From Flavobacteriales bacterium (lineage in GTDB: Bacteria > Bacteroidota > Bacteroidia > Flavobacteriales > UBA7312): DNA of 64,000 bases. Shown in pieces: positions 1 to 9,994 of this stretch. Below the pieces are notes generated by a model. The model was not told the origin of the DNA. It made no database searches and saw nothing but the letters and a program-made list of their open reading frames with translations. The DNA lies in NCBI GenBank assembly GCA_049890095.1, contig JBMHCD010000005.1, positions 92,174 through 156,173 on the forward strand, read 5' to 3'. Both the position numbers and the translations under genes were made by a program. Position 1 is the stretch's first letter, and each line of letters opens with the position of its first letter.

Positions 1-504
1 AAACTGATTTGGTCCAAAATCTGGCTTCCAATGCGGATCAGATAATTTTTTATTTAGTCCTTCATATTCTCCAGATCTACAATTAGCCAGATTCTGGCGT
101 TCTTCCGATTGAGCAGCGTTTTCGTATAGATAAACAGGAATTTCTAGATCATTTCCTACGCGATCACCCAATTTTTTTGCCCATTCAGCAGTTTCCTCCA
201 TGCTTATATTTGCAATCGGTATTAGCGGACAAACATCGGTTGCACCCATTCTAGGGTGCTCGCCGCTATGAACACTCATGTCTATAAGCTCTTTTGCTTT
301 TTGAATTAGTAAGTAAGCTGCATCAATAACATTTTGAGGTTCGCCAACAAATGTTATAACTGTTCTGTTGGTTGCTTTACCAGGATCAACATTTAGTAAT
401 TTTACCCCTTCTACAGATTCAACTACTTTAGCAATTTCATTTATTTTTTTGTCGTTTCTTCCTTCCGATATGTTAGGAACACATTCAATTAGTTGTGTCT
501 TCAT
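1..504 (-). CDS. ftcD: glutamate formimidoyltransferase, N-terminal ~168 codons (3' end lies beyond the window edge)
   Basis: Not in the ORF track because it runs off the edge. My minus-strand translation from the ATG at 504-502 reads MKTQLIECVPNISEGRNDKKINEIAKVVESVEGVKLLNVDPGKATNRTVITFVGEP...HPRMGATDVCPLIP. ECVPNxSEGR and HPRMGAxDV are hallmark formiminotransferase motifs. The start overlaps the hutI stop by 20 nt. Confidence 0.8.
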   Translation of the reverse strand, partial: MKTQLIECVPNISEGRNDKKINEIAKVVESVEGVKLLNVDPGKATNRTVITFVGEPQNVIDAAYLLIQKAKELIDMSVHSGEHPRMGATDVCPLIPIANISMEETAEWAKKLGDRVGNDLEIPVYLYENAAQSEERQNLANCRSGEYEGLNKKLSDPHWKPDFGPNQF

Positions 505-1756
505 TGTTAATGTTTTGTATTTCTCCGTTTAAAATAATGGTTTTTATATTGTTTTCTCCAAAGGAGTAGGGTAGATAAGCAAAAGATGAAATATTGTCTG
601 TAATAAACAAATTAGCTTTTTTGCCAATAGCAATACTTCCTAATTCTTTGCTCAACCCCATTGCATAAGCTGTATTTATGGTAGTTGCGTTAATCACTTC
701 TTCTGGATTTAGTTTCATATTGATACATCCTAGAGAAGCAACAAAATTCATGTTCCAATTTGGGCTAGATCCCGGATTATAATCCGATGCTAAAGCAACT
801 GGTAGTCCGGTGTGGATTAGTTGTTTTGCAGGGCCAAATGGTATGCCAAGAAAGAAAGAACAAGAGGGTAGAAATGTAGGCATGCAATCGCTGTTTTTTA
901 GGCTGTCTATATCTTCTTGCGACATATGTTCTAGATGATCTACTGATAAAGCTCCTAAATCTACACTTGTTTTAACACCTCCCAAAATGGTAAATTGATT
1001 AACGTGTGTTTTGGGAATAAGTCCCCATTTTTTTCCGGCCTCTAGTATTTGTTTTAGTTCGTTTACCGAAAAATAACCTTCTTCGCAAAAAACATCAATA
1101 TAGTCTGCTAGTTTTTGCTGGGCTACTTTAGGAATTAGCTCATTAATAATGTAATGAATGTATTGTTCTTTTTTATTTTTGAATTCTAGAGGAATTGCAT
1201 GAGCAGCAAGAAGAGTTGATTTGATAGTAATTGGACTTGTTTTTTTAAGCTCATCAATTACTTTTAGCATTTTAATTTCTGATTCCAAATTTAGGCCATA
1301 GCCACTCTTAATTTCTATTGCTCCTGTTCCACTTCGGATAATTTTAGTTAGGCGTTTGCGAGCATCTTGCAGTAAGGATTCAAAGGAGGTTTCTTGTAGC
1401 TTTTTTGCGGAGTTGAGGATTCCGCCACCCTCACGAGCTATTTCTTCATAGCTTTTACCATTTATTCGTTGTACCCATTCTTTTTCTCTACTTCCGGCAT
1501 GAATAAGGTGTGTGTGGCTATCGTTGTACGATGGAAAAACCATTCCTCCATCGGCATCAATAATTTTTGTGTTGTTCCAATCGTCAATGCCTTTCCACTG
1601 ATCCATACTTCCAAAGTTGGTAATTCGTCCGTCTTCTATTTCTATAAAAGCATCCTCAATGGTTTCCACTTTGCCCATATCAGAGCCAGCAACCCATTTG
1701 CGAATAGTATGCTCTATCTGAACAGCTTTACTTATGTTCTTAATTACCAGCTTCAT
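485..1756 (-). CDS. hutI: imidazolonepropionase
   Basis: ORF 485..1786. Amidohydrolase motifs DSHTHL and HAxxIP are present and the length is about 420 aa. The start is moved to the Met of MKLVIKNI (1756) because a -7 promoter box covers the upstream Met at 1786. Confidence 0.9.
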   Translation of the reverse strand: MKLVIKNISKAVQIEHTIRKWVAGSDMGKVETIEDAFIEIEDGRITNFGSMDQWKGIDDWNNTKIIDADGGMVFPSYNDSHTHLIHAGSREKEWVQRINGKSYEEIAREGGGILNSAKKLQETSFESLLQDARKRLTKIIRSGTGAIEIKSGYGLNLESEIKMLKVIDELKKTSPITIKSTLLAAHAIPLEFKNKKEQYIHYIINELIPKVAQQKLADYIDVFCEEGYFSVNELKQILEAGKKWGLIPKTHVNQFTILGGVKTSVDLGALSVDHLEHMSQEDIDSLKNSDCMPTFLPSCSFFLGIPFGPAKQLIHTGLPVALASDYNPGSSPNWNMNFVASLGCINMKLNPEEVINATTINTAYAMGLSKELGSIAIGKKANLFITDNISSFAYLPYSFGENNIKTIILNGEIQNINNEDTTN

Positions 1757-1783
1757 AGTGCTATTTTTTATCAAGCTAAAATA

Positions 1784-1791
1784 CAAAAATA
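1784..1791 (-). promoter_or_regulatory. candidate Bacteroidetes -7 box (TATTTTTG) for hutI-ftcD
   Basis: Exact TAnnTTTG on the minus strand, 27 nt upstream of the ATG at 1756. Confidence 0.35.
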
Positions 1792-1818
1792 GACCATTTT
1801 CACTCCTTTAAATTTATT

Positions 1819-1826
1819 TATATTTG
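1819..1826 (+). promoter_or_regulatory. candidate -7 box (TATATTTG) for aroC
   Basis: Exact TAnnTTTG, 7 nt upstream of the ATG at 1834. Confidence 0.35.
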
Positions 1827-1833
1827 TGGTAGT

Positions 1834-2892
1834 ATGAATACACTTGGTAGCTTGTATAGACTGACAACTTTTGGCGAATCGCATGGAACGGCAATAGGTG
1901 GTGTAATTGATGGTTGTCCGGCTGGATTGACTATTAACTTAGAGCAAATACAAAATGAGTTAGACAGAAGAAGACCAGGTCAGTCCTCCATAACAACTCA
2001 AAGAAAAGAAGGTGATAAAGTAGAGTTTTTGTCGGGAATTTTTGAGGGAAAAACTACTGGAGCTTCCATAGGTTTTGTAATTCGTAATACCGATCAAAAA
2101 TCGAAGGATTATGATCATCTAAAAGGGCTTGCTCGTCCTTCTCATGGCGATTTCACTTACCAAAAGAAGTATGGTGTTCAAGATTATAGAGGGGGTGGGC
2201 GTTATTCGGCTCGAGAAACAGCAAATTGGATAGTAGGTGGTGCAATTGCTAAGCAATTGTTACAACAAATAGATATTAAAGCCTTCGTTTCTTCTGTTGG
2301 TACGTTGTCGTTGCCAAATTCTTATTCCGATTTGGATTTGAGTATCATAGATTCAAATATTGTTCGTTGTCCTGATCTTTCAATGGCAAATAGAATGATA
2401 GATTTAATCCAAGAGGTAAAAAAAGAGGGCGATACTGTTGGAGGTGTTGTAAGTTGTGTAGTTAAAAATATGCCTATTGGATTGGGGCAGCCAATTTTTG
2501 ATAAACTAAGTGCTAGATTAGCAAAGTATATGATGTCTATCAATGCCTCTAAAGGTTTTGAAATAGGCAATGGCTTTGAAAGTTCTCGCTTGAAAGGTAG
2601 TCAGAACAACGATGTTTTTCAATCTAAAAACCAAACTCGTACTAATCATTCTGGTGGCATACAAGCAGGAATTAGTAATGGAATGGATTTGGTCTTTAAA
2701 GTAGCTTTTAAGCCTGCTTCTACACTCATGAGAGATCAAGATTCGGTAGGAATGGATGGAGAAAAAGTAGTGGTTAAAGGAAAAGGAAGGCACGATCCTT
2801 GTGTAGTTCCTAGAGCCGTTCCTATTGTTGAGGCTATGACTGCTATGGCTCTGCTGGACGCTATATATTTAGATAATAATTCAAGCATATAA
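1834..2892 (+). CDS. aroC: chorismate synthase
   Basis: The N-terminus [22 protein letters not shown] and the G(R)HDPCV motif are present. 352 aa. Confidence 0.95.
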   Translation: MNTLGSLYRLTTFGESHGTAIGGVIDGCPAGLTINLEQIQNELDRRRPGQSSITTQRKEGDKVEFLSGIFEGKTTGASIGFVIRNTDQKSKDYDHLKGLARPSHGDFTYQKKYGVQDYRGGGRYSARETANWIVGGAIAKQLLQQIDIKAFVSSVGTLSLPNSYSDLDLSIIDSNIVRCPDLSMANRMIDLIQEVKKEGDTVGGVVSCVVKNMPIGLGQPIFDKLSARLAKYMMSINASKGFEIGNGFESSRLKGSQNNDVFQSKNQTRTNHSGGIQAGISNGMDLVFKVAFKPASTLMRDQDSVGMDGEKVVVKGKGRHDPCVVPRAVPIVEAMTAMALLDAIYLDNNSSI

Positions 2893-2895
2893 CTT

Positions 2896-4182
2896 ATGAA
2901 AAAATTAGCATTGCACTGGAAAATCATCATTGGTATGGTATTGGGTGTAGTTTATGGTTTAATAGCCACTCATTATGGATGGGTAGATTTTACTAATGAT
3001 TGGATAAAACCTTGGGGTGCTATTTTTATTAGTTTACTTAAGCTCATTGCTGTTCCTTTAGTTTTGGCATCTCTAATCAAAGGAGTAGGTAGTTTGAGTG
3101 ATATTTCTAGGCTTTCTAGAATTGGTACTAAAACTGTAGGTATCTATTTACTTTCAACAGTTATAGCGGTTACTTTTGGATTACTTTTAGTAAATGTGGT
3201 TAATCCGGGTTCTTCTTTTTCTGAAGAAAAAAGAGCAGAACTAAAAAGTCAATATGCCTCTCAGGCTAATAGTAAAATATTATCGGCAGATGCAGTAGAA
3301 AAAAGTGGTCCTTTACAGTTTGTAGTCGATATGGTTCCCAACAATATTTTTGAGGCTAGTTCGAATAATAAAAACATGCTTCAAGTCATTTTCTTTGCCA
3401 TACTTTTTGGTATTGCTATGGTGAGTTTACCATCTGAAAAAACCAAATATGTAAAAGGATTTTTTGATGGGATAAACGATATTATTTTACAAATTGTCGA
3501 TTTGATAATGCTTACTGCCCCTTATGGAGTGTTTGCTTTGTTGGGTGGTTTGGTCGTTGATTTTGGAGGATCGACAGATTTATTTCAGGCACTAGGGGTG
3601 TATTCGCTAACTGTAGTTGTAGGATTGTTGCTAATGATATTTTTAGTGTATCCTAGTTTTTTAAAAGTATTTACAAAGCTAAACTACAAAGACTTTTTTA
3701 GAGGTATAGCCCCCGCACAAATGTTGGCATTTTCTACTAGTTCGAGTGCTGCAACCTTACCAGTAACGATGGAGCGTTGCGAAGAGCAATTGGGTGTTTC
3801 AGAAGAGGTGTCTAGCTTTGTATTGCCTCTTGGAGCAACTATTAATATGGACGGAACTTCCTTATATCAAGCAGTTGCAGCAGTATTTATCGCTCAGGCA
3901 TTTGGTTATGATTTAGACCTTTCTCAGCAACTTACTATAGTTTTAACTTCAACTTTGGCATCTATTGGAGCTGCGGCAGTTCCTGGAGCAGGAATGGTAA
4001 TGTTGGTCATTGTGTTAAGTTCTATTGGAATAGACCCTGAGGGCATAGCTCTTATTTTTGCTGTGGATCGAATTCTAGATATGTTGCGAACGGTTGTTAA
4101 TGTTACTGGAGATGCTACTGTTGCTACAGTGGTAGCAGCTACAGAGGGTCAGTTGAGGGAGGTTAACCCAAAAGAAAATTAA
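2896..4182 (+). CDS. dicarboxylate/amino acid:cation (Na+/H+) symporter, DAACS family
   Basis: Multi-TM protein of 428 aa with SSSAATLP and NMDGT motifs typical of GltP/DctA-type symporters. Confidence 0.9.
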   Translation: MKKLALHWKIIIGMVLGVVYGLIATHYGWVDFTNDWIKPWGAIFISLLKLIAVPLVLASLIKGVGSLSDISRLSRIGTKTVGIYLLSTVIAVTFGLLLVNVVNPGSSFSEEKRAELKSQYASQANSKILSADAVEKSGPLQFVVDMVPNNIFEASSNNKNMLQVIFFAILFGIAMVSLPSEKTKYVKGFFDGINDIILQIVDLIMLTAPYGVFALLGGLVVDFGGSTDLFQALGVYSLTVVVGLLLMIFLVYPSFLKVFTKLNYKDFFRGIAPAQMLAFSTSSSAATLPVTMERCEEQLGVSEEVSSFVLPLGATINMDGTSLYQAVAAVFIAQAFGYDLDLSQQLTIVLTSTLASIGAAAVPGAGMVMLVIVLSSIGIDPEGIALIFAVDRILDMLRTVVNVTGDATVATVVAATEGQLREVNPKEN

Positions 4183-4186
4183 ACGG

Positions 4187-6109
4187 ATGCGAATATTTTT
4201 TATCATAATGCTTTGTTGTACATCTGTAATGGCACAGCATAATTGCGATTTGGAAGTAAATGCCAAGTCTAAAAAAGCATACAAAAAAGCAAAGTCTGCA
4301 GCAAACTCCAGATTGTATGCTAAGGCTAATCAGTATTTGAAAGAAGCAATTGATGACCAATCGGATTTTGTAGATGCTTATTTTTTGTTAGCACGCATTT
4401 TATTAGAGCAAAAAAATGAAAATTTGGCGGCTCAAAACTTTAAAAAGGTAATAGAGATATGTGCCGATTATTCTCCCGAAGTATATTGGTTGTTGGCAAA
4501 TATTGAGTTTAATGGGGGCTTGTATAAAGAGGCAGAGCAAAATTTCAAAACATATCTCACTTTTGTAAATCTAGATCCAAAAAATAGGACTTTGGCACAA
4601 GAACGTTTAAAAAAAGCTATTTTCCTCAATCAAATGTATAGTAATCCGGTTCCTTTTCAACCTACTTTGGTGCAAGGGATAAGTACTAGCGAAGATGAGT
4701 ATTTATCGATTTTTTCTCCTGATAATGAGCTGGCTCTTTTTGTTAGGCGTGGTGTTCGACAGGAAAAAGGGATGTTAGCTTCGTCTACATTAGAAGAATT
4801 TGTTATGGCAAAAACTGATTCTAATGGTGTTTTTAATAAAGGTGAATTGATGCCTTACCCTTTTAATTTGAATAGAAACCAGGGTAGTGCTTCCTTAACT
4901 ATAGCAAATAATGAGATGTATCTTTCTGTTTGTGAAATAGTAGATAATTACAACAACTGTGATTTGTTTTATACCTTTATTGATAAGGGGTTTTGGGGCG
5001 ATTTAAAACGTTTGAAATATCCGGTTAATACACCTAGTTCTTGGGAGTCTCAACCTAGTATTTCTTCGGATGGTAATACCCTAATTTTCACTAGTGCTCG
5101 TATGGGAGGAGTAGGTAAAACAGACTTGTATAGCGTTCAAAAAAATGAGAACGGAGAATGGACCAATTTACAATCTCTTTCTTTTAATACTGAAGGTTCG
5201 GAAAAATCTCCTTTTCTACATCCAGATGGTAAAACTTTATATTTTTCTTCTGATGGTCTTCAAGGATTAGGGGGGTATGATATATTCTATTGTAAATTAG
5301 ATTCTAATGGAGAATGGACCACACCAAAAAATATAGGATTTCCTATCAATAGTGAGCAAGATGATTTGGGGTTTTTTGTTAGCACTGATGGGAAGAACGC
5401 TTATTTTTCTTCCAATAAGTTAGAAGGAGCTGGGGGCTTGGATTTGTATTCTTTTTCTTTGTATAAGGAAGCTAGACCAGAGCGTGTTTTGATGCTCAAA
5501 GGAGAAGTGTTAGACAAGGAGGGCGAACCAGTTCAAAATTCTTACTTGGAAATAAAATCCTTAAAATCCAATAAAGTAGAGCGAGTAGAGGTTAATGCAA
5601 GAGATGGTAAGTATGTTGGTTTGGTTACTTTAGATAAAGATGAAGATGTATTAGTAACTGTAAATGGAAAGGGATATGCTTTTAATTCTACCTATATTAA
5701 TGCGGACGATCGTGCATTTGAAGGTCCTTCCAATTTAGATTTTGATTTATCCAAAATAGAAGTAGGAAAGGCGTTTAAGATTAATAATATTTATTTTTCT
5801 ACAGATTCCTTTAATCTTAATAAAAAGGCAAAAATAATTTTAAACAGCTTTGTTGAATTTCTACAAGCAAACCCTAGCGTTCGAATAGCAGTTCATGGAC
5901 ATACCGATAGCGATGGTGATCAACTGTTAAATTTGGAATTATCTACCAAAAGGGCAGAGCAGGTACATAATTATTTAAAAGATATGGGTGTTGAGGCCAG
6001 TAGGTTGCAGTTTAAGGGATTTGGAGAAACCAAGCCTTTACAGTCCAACAATAGTGAAGAAGGGAAATCTGCAAATAGAAGAACCGAGTTTTTCGTAGTA
6101 GGAAAATAA
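4187..6109 (+). CDS. OmpA-family protein with N-terminal TPR region and TolB/PD40-like beta-propeller repeats
   Basis: Signal peptide MRIFFIIMLCCTSVMAQ. Repeated SxDGxxLxFxSxRxGGxGxxDLY-type PD40 motifs. C-terminal OmpA_C motif (NIYFxxDS...TDSxG...N..LSxxRA...RRTEF). Confidence 0.8.
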   Translation: MRIFFIIMLCCTSVMAQHNCDLEVNAKSKKAYKKAKSAANSRLYAKANQYLKEAIDDQSDFVDAYFLLARILLEQKNENLAAQNFKKVIEICADYSPEVYWLLANIEFNGGLYKEAEQNFKTYLTFVNLDPKNRTLAQERLKKAIFLNQMYSNPVPFQPTLVQGISTSEDEYLSIFSPDNELALFVRRGVRQEKGMLASSTLEEFVMAKTDSNGVFNKGELMPYPFNLNRNQGSASLTIANNEMYLSVCEIVDNYNNCDLFYTFIDKGFWGDLKRLKYPVNTPSSWESQPSISSDGNTLIFTSARMGGVGKTDLYSVQKNENGEWTNLQSLSFNTEGSEKSPFLHPDGKTLYFSSDGLQGLGGYDIFYCKLDSNGEWTTPKNIGFPINSEQDDLGFFVSTDGKNAYFSSNKLEGAGGLDLYSFSLYKEARPERVLMLKGEVLDKEGEPVQNSYLEIKSLKSNKVERVEVNARDGKYVGLVTLDKDEDVLVTVNGKGYAFNSTYINADDRAFEGPSNLDFDLSKIEVGKAFKINNIYFSTDSFNLNKKAKIILNSFVEFLQANPSVRIAVHGHTDSDGDQLLNLELSTKRAEQVHNYLKDMGVEASRLQFKGFGETKPLQSNNSEEGKSANRRTEFFVVGK

Positions 6110-6117
6110 ATTAGAGT

Positions 6118-6148
6118 AAAAAAAAACCCGCTAGTTAGCAGGTTTTTT
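6118..6148. terminator. bidirectional intrinsic terminator between the convergent OmpA-family gene and rplS
   Basis: An A-run, then CCCGCT-AGTT-AGCAGG (one mismatch), then a T6 run. It lies between the two stop codons at 6109 and 6152. Confidence 0.5.
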
Positions 6149-6151
6149 GAA

Positions 6152-6499
6152 TTATCTTCTTTTTTCTTTAATTCTTGCTTTTTTACCAGTAAGTTCTCTT
6201 TGGTAAAATATACGTGCTCTACGAACAGCACCTTCTTTGTTCAATTCAATTTTTTCGATAAAAGGAGAAGAGAATGGAAATACTCTTTCTACTCCAATAC
6301 TGCTGGACATTTTACGGATAGTAAAAGTTTCAACCGCCTTTCTTCCTTTTCGCTGGAGAACCACTCCTCTAAAGAGCTGAGTTCTTTCCTTGTTTCCTTC
6401 CTTAATTTTGTAGTGTACCGTAATAGTATCTCCCGCACTAAAATTTGGGAAATCCTTTCTAGATAATAATTCGTTTTCTACGTATGAAATATTTTCCAT
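6152..6499 (-). CDS. rplS: 50S ribosomal protein L19
   Basis: 115 aa. The sequence FxxGDTIxVHxKIxEGxKERxQxFxGVV is typical of bL19, and the gene lies downstream of trmD as in the conserved operon. Confidence 0.95.
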   Translation of the reverse strand: MENISYVENELLSRKDFPNFSAGDTITVHYKIKEGNKERTQLFRGVVLQRKGRKAVETFTIRKMSSSIGVERVFPFSSPFIEKIELNKEGAVRRARIFYQRELTGKKARIKEKRR

Positions 6500-6599
6500 C
6501 TGAGTATTGTTATTAAATTCTTCCCTTAAAAAGGGTTTGCAATATTACGATATAATTTTAAATATTAGAATAATTATTTAAAAAAAGTAAAATAATTGA

Positions 6600-7271
6600 T
6601 TACAGTAGGTCTGGTCGGCGATTTTTTGTTCGTTTTAAGGCTTGTTCTTCTCGCCAAGCATCAATCTCTTTAAAGTTTCCTGAGCGTAAAACTTGAGGGA
6701 CTTCCCATCCGTTGTAGTTGGCTGGTCGGGTATAAACGGGTGGTGCTAGCAAATTGTCTTGAAAAGAATCGGTTAGGGCAGAGGTTTCATCCGAAATTAC
6801 TCCAGGTATTAGTCGGATTATGCTATCGCAAAGTACTGCTGCTGCAAGTTCGCCACCAGTAAGTACATAATCTCCTATAGATATTTCGTGCGTAATGTAA
6901 TGATCGCGTATGCGTTGATCCACTCCTTTATAATGGCCACAAAGCATAATGATATTCTTAAAGATAGATAGTTGGTTGCTTAATCTTTGTTTAAGTAAAT
7001 TGCCGTCTGGGGTTAGATAAATTACAGCATCGTATTTTCTTTTGGCTTTTAATTGATCTATGCAGTTGACTATCGGCTCAATGGTCATTACCATTCCTGC
7101 ACCACCTCCAAATTGGTAATCGTCCACTTTTTTGTGTTTGTCGGTGGAGTATGAGCGTATGTCGTGCAGCTCAATTTCGACCAATCCTTTGTCTTTTGCT
7201 CTTTGCAAAATAGAGTGCTCAAAAGGACTTTTTAAAAGCTCTGGATGAATGGTAAGAATGTCTATTCTCAT
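6600..7271 (-). CDS. trmD: tRNA (guanine37-N1)-methyltransferase
   Basis: [11 protein letters not shown]..., GGGAGMVM and LxCGHYxGxDxR motifs. 223 aa. Confidence 0.95.
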   Translation of the reverse strand: MRIDILTIHPELLKSPFEHSILQRAKDKGLVEIELHDIRSYSTDKHKKVDDYQFGGGAGMVMTIEPIVNCIDQLKAKRKYDAVIYLTPDGNLLKQRLSNQLSIFKNIIMLCGHYKGVDQRIRDHYITHEISIGDYVLTGGELAAAVLCDSIIRLIPGVISDETSALTDSFQDNLLAPPVYTRPANYNGWEVPQVLRSGNFKEIDAWREEQALKRTKNRRPDLL

Positions 7272-7275
7272 GGCT

Positions 7276-7283
7276 CAAAAGTA
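7276..7283 (-). promoter_or_regulatory. candidate -7 box (TACTTTTG) for trmD-rplS
   Basis: Exact TAnnTTTG on the minus strand, only 4 nt upstream of the trmD ATG (7271). Confidence 0.35.
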
Positions 7284-7479
7284 AGCAATATTATTTTAAT
7301 GAAATAACTTCTTTTGGCGTCTTTTTGGGCTAAAAACATCGACTGACATATTGTCATAACAAAATTATAAAAAACTAATAATCAGTATTTTATATAATTT
7401 TAAATAAACTAATAAATTAGTAATAGTTTTTTTGGAGTATCATTTTGTTATTTTGGATAAAAGACCAACTTTTTAGTAG

Positions 7480-8252
7480 TCATTTCTGTGCTTGTTTTGA
7501 TTCTTTTTTAAGTAAATCGACTTCTTTTTTTAGCAAGTGAATTTGCTTGTTTTGTTGTTCGATAATGTCTTGTTGTTCTTGTATGGCTTTGACTATTAGA
7601 GCTACAAATTCGGCATAGCGAATGCCATATATTCCTGTTGGGTTTTGTGGTGCATCTACGCCATGAAAATCAAAATTTAGGCTATCTGCCAATGCCTCTA
7701 CGTCTTGGGCCAGAAAGCCTATTTGAGTCTCATCGTAAAGCTTTTGGTAATGTTTTGGAGAAGAAATAGTATCTGTATTTCTTTGGAACATATCCACTTT
7801 TTTAAAATTGAAATTATAAGTTAGAGGTTTTAGTCTCATTATAAAATCTAAACCAACGACATTATCTTTTATATTTTCTTTAAAGCGTTTGTCCGATGTG
7901 ATTGACCAGCTTTTAGTGTTAGTCTTAATACGTTATCGGTTCTAAAGGATAGGTCTTGATTATCTGTTGTTCCTATAAAATTAGTAAAATCGTCCGTTCC
8001 AGCATTTCCTGTTATATCCCATGCATTTGAAGAAGAAGAGCTGGTAGGAGTCTGTATCCGGTTTGTTCCGTCAAAGTAATACATGAAGCCATTATCTAAA
8101 TTAAAGGCTAAATTTCCTCTTATTGGATTAGCAATAGCATTGATTGCGGCTAGGTTGTTAAACTGATGAACGGCAATTAGTTGATTTGAAGTTTGAGCAA
8201 TACTTATCAAGCAAAAAAGACTAAGTACTACAATTAGTAGAAGTTTTTTCAT
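7480..8252 (-). pseudogene. tail-fibre-domain (peptidase S74 / intramolecular chaperone-like) secreted protein, interrupted by a frameshift
   Basis: ORF 7869..8252 supplies the signal peptide and N-terminal part and stops after ...TLKAGQSHRTNALKKI. The -1 frame across 7839-7935 reads ...WSITSDKRFKENIKDNVVGLDFIMRLKPLTYNF and continues into ORF 7480..7839. SDxRxKxNI is the conserved start of the S74-type C-terminal domain, so a single gene is split near 7900. Confidence 0.6.
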
Positions 8253-8494
8253 TTTTAGGTTTTAAGATTAATTTATATAGCCAATATACGAAAAAATTTA
8301 TTTTCCGAAGTTCTCAAGGTAATTCTATCATACCAAATTGAACGGTAATTTCTAGTTGGTGAAACCCTTGAATTAAAACATTTTGATTTTGAAACAAATC
8401 AATGGAAATTTACTGTGTGTAAGTAGAAAATTATTGAGGACTTAAACTTTAACCATGACTAATTAAAGCCAAGAAGAAAAACAAAATCAAAAAG

Positions 8495-8578
8495 TGCCCA
8501 GAATGGGATTTGAACCCATACGCTCATGAGAGCACAGCCCCCTCAAGACTGCGTGTCTACCAATTCCACCACCTGGGC
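8495..8578 (-). tRNA. tRNA-Leu (anticodon GAG), class II with long variable arm
   Basis: Hand-folded. Acceptor GCCCAGG/TCTGGGC, anticodon stem CAGTC/GGCTG with loop TTGAGGG, variable-arm stem GCTC/GAGC, T arm ATGGG-TTCAAAT-CCCAT. No encoded CCA. Confidence 0.9.
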
Positions 8579-8610
8579 AAAAACAAAAAAAACCCGAAAT
8601 ATCGGGTTTT
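8579..8610 (-). terminator. intrinsic-terminator-like hairpin plus U-tract between tRNA-Lys and tRNA-Leu
   Basis: The minus strand reads AAAACCCGA-TATT-TCGGGTTTTTTTTGTTTTT. It lies 4 nt after the tRNA-Lys 3' end and runs directly into the tRNA-Leu 5' end. Confidence 0.5.
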
Positions 8611-8614
8611 GTAG

Positions 8615-8687
8615 TGACCTGGCTGGGGCTCGAACCCAGGACCCTCTCCTTAAAAGGGAGATGCTCTACCAACTGAGCTACCAGGTC
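8615..8687 (-). tRNA. tRNA-Lys (anticodon UUU)
   Basis: Hand-folded. Acceptor GACCTGG/CCAGGTC, D arm GCTC-AGTTGGTA-GAGC, anticodon stem TCTCC/GGAGA with loop CTTTTAA, T arm CTGGG-TTCGAGC-CCCAG. 73 nt. Confidence 0.9.
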
Positions 8688-8788
8688 GCCTGTTTAAAGC
8701 GCTGCAAATATAGTTGCAAAATTTTATTTTACAACACTATAAACCTATTTTTTTTAAAATATTTTTTCGAATGTTTTTGCAAAAAAAA

Positions 8789-9952
8789 TTAAATGGTTTT
8801 GCATCTTTCGAAAGGTGCATTGCTATCAAACAATTTTCGATATGTTTTGAGTGTCATGTATTTTTGGGCTCCAAGGTTATCTATAATATGAATCATTTTT
8901 GGGTTGAAATCTCCAATCCATGTGATGATTAGTTTTTGATAAGTGGACTCCTGGCTTTCAAATTGCTTTTTAATAGCCATGATTAAAGCACCCTCTAAAC
9001 CTTTTTTCTGATGTTCTGGGCTAACCCCAAATGCTAAGCCAAAAACGGTTTTAGGTTTTTTGGTGTATTTGTAAAATAGAAATTTCAATTTTCCGATTAC
9101 ATCTAGATTTCCATTAATATGTTTGAATATTTCATTTAATTCTGGAAGTGCAATAAAAAAAGCAACTGGTTCATTTTTATGATAAGCAAACCATATTAAT
9201 TTTTCATCCATTACAGGTTTCATTGCTCGCATTATTGCTCTTGCCTGAGAGGCTGCCATTCCTTTAAAATTATTGTGGCTTGTCCAGGCTTTGTTATAAA
9301 CTGTTCTGAAGTCTTCAGCGTATTCGAACATTTTTTTTGTTTCTAAATGCCTAAAGCTATAGTCTTCGTTTCTGGCAATTCTATCGGCTCTATCTTTATA
9401 TTTTTTGGTTATGTCTTGATCAATGTCTCTGTAATATACGTACTGTTCGAAATAAGTTTTAAAGCCATAATTTTCGAAAAGGGTTTGGTAGTATTTAGGT
9501 TGGTAAGCATTTCCGTAAATAGGAGCTTTATTAAATCCTTGAGTTAGCAACCCCCAGTATTTATCTTTTTCTCCAAAATTTATTGGTCCGTCCATTGCTT
9601 CCATTTGGTTGGATTCTAGCCATTTTTTGGCTGTGTTGAACAGTAAGTTCGCTACTTCCTGACTGTCGATAGCTTCAAAAAAGCCAATACCTCCAGTAGG
9701 TTGTTTTTCGCTTTTTGCTGTTTTATTATTAATAAATGCAGCAATTCGACCAATATTTTTTCCTTGTTCGTCTTTTAAAATCCATCTTATTGCTTTTCCA
9801 TGACGATAGTATTTATTTTTTTTAGGGTTAAAAACAGCTTCCACTTCTTGTCGAATGTGTGGTATCCAGTTTTTATCGTTTTGATAGATAGTAAAAGGAA
9901 GTTTGTGGAAGTCTTTGACTAATTTCCTGTTGTTAACTTCTAAAATTGTCAT
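8789..9952 (-). CDS. conserved hypothetical protein with C-terminal GNAT-like acyltransferase motif
   Basis: 387-aa ORF. FGVSPEHQKKGLEGALI resembles GNAT motif A (Q/RxxGxG/A). I cannot assign the N-terminal two thirds. Confidence 0.45.
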   Translation of the reverse strand: MTILEVNNRKLVKDFHKLPFTIYQNDKNWIPHIRQEVEAVFNPKKNKYYRHGKAIRWILKDEQGKNIGRIAAFINNKTAKSEKQPTGGIGFFEAIDSQEVANLLFNTAKKWLESNQMEAMDGPINFGEKDKYWGLLTQGFNKAPIYGNAYQPKYYQTLFENYGFKTYFEQYVYYRDIDQDITKKYKDRADRIARNEDYSFRHLETKKMFEYAEDFRTVYNKAWTSHNNFKGMAASQARAIMRAMKPVMDEKLIWFAYHKNEPVAFFIALPELNEIFKHINGNLDVIGKLKFLFYKYTKKPKTVFGLAFGVSPEHQKKGLEGALIMAIKKQFESQESTYQKLIITWIGDFNPKMIHIIDNLGAQKYMTLKTYRKLFDSNAPFERCKTI

Positions 9953-9994
9953 AAAATTACCGATATTTGTTACAACAAATAAAGTTGAAAATTA

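Noticed and set aside
6523-6535. The small hairpin CCCTT-AAA-AAGGG in the trmD-rplS spacer as a possible L19 ribosomal-protein leader.
   Set aside because: The stem is only 5 bp with no further conserved structure that I can see. There is insufficient evidence without covariation data.
7344-7356. The palindrome TGACA-TAT-TGTCA upstream of trmD as a possible transcription-factor site.
   Set aside because: It is a single short palindrome in AT-rich intergenic DNA, with no second copy in the window and no linked regulator.
7480-8690. A tail-fibre-domain gene next to two tRNA genes, which could indicate a prophage remnant or an integration hotspot.
   Set aside because: There is no integrase, no other phage genes and no direct repeat of a tRNA 3' end visible nearby. 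This domain occurs widely as a stand-alone secreted protein in Flavobacteriia.
8487-8792. ORF-track entries 8487..8672 (-) and 8526..8792 (+).
   Set aside because: They lie across the two tRNA genes and the terminator hairpin. Their sequences have no protein-like features, and the tRNA folds explain the region fully.
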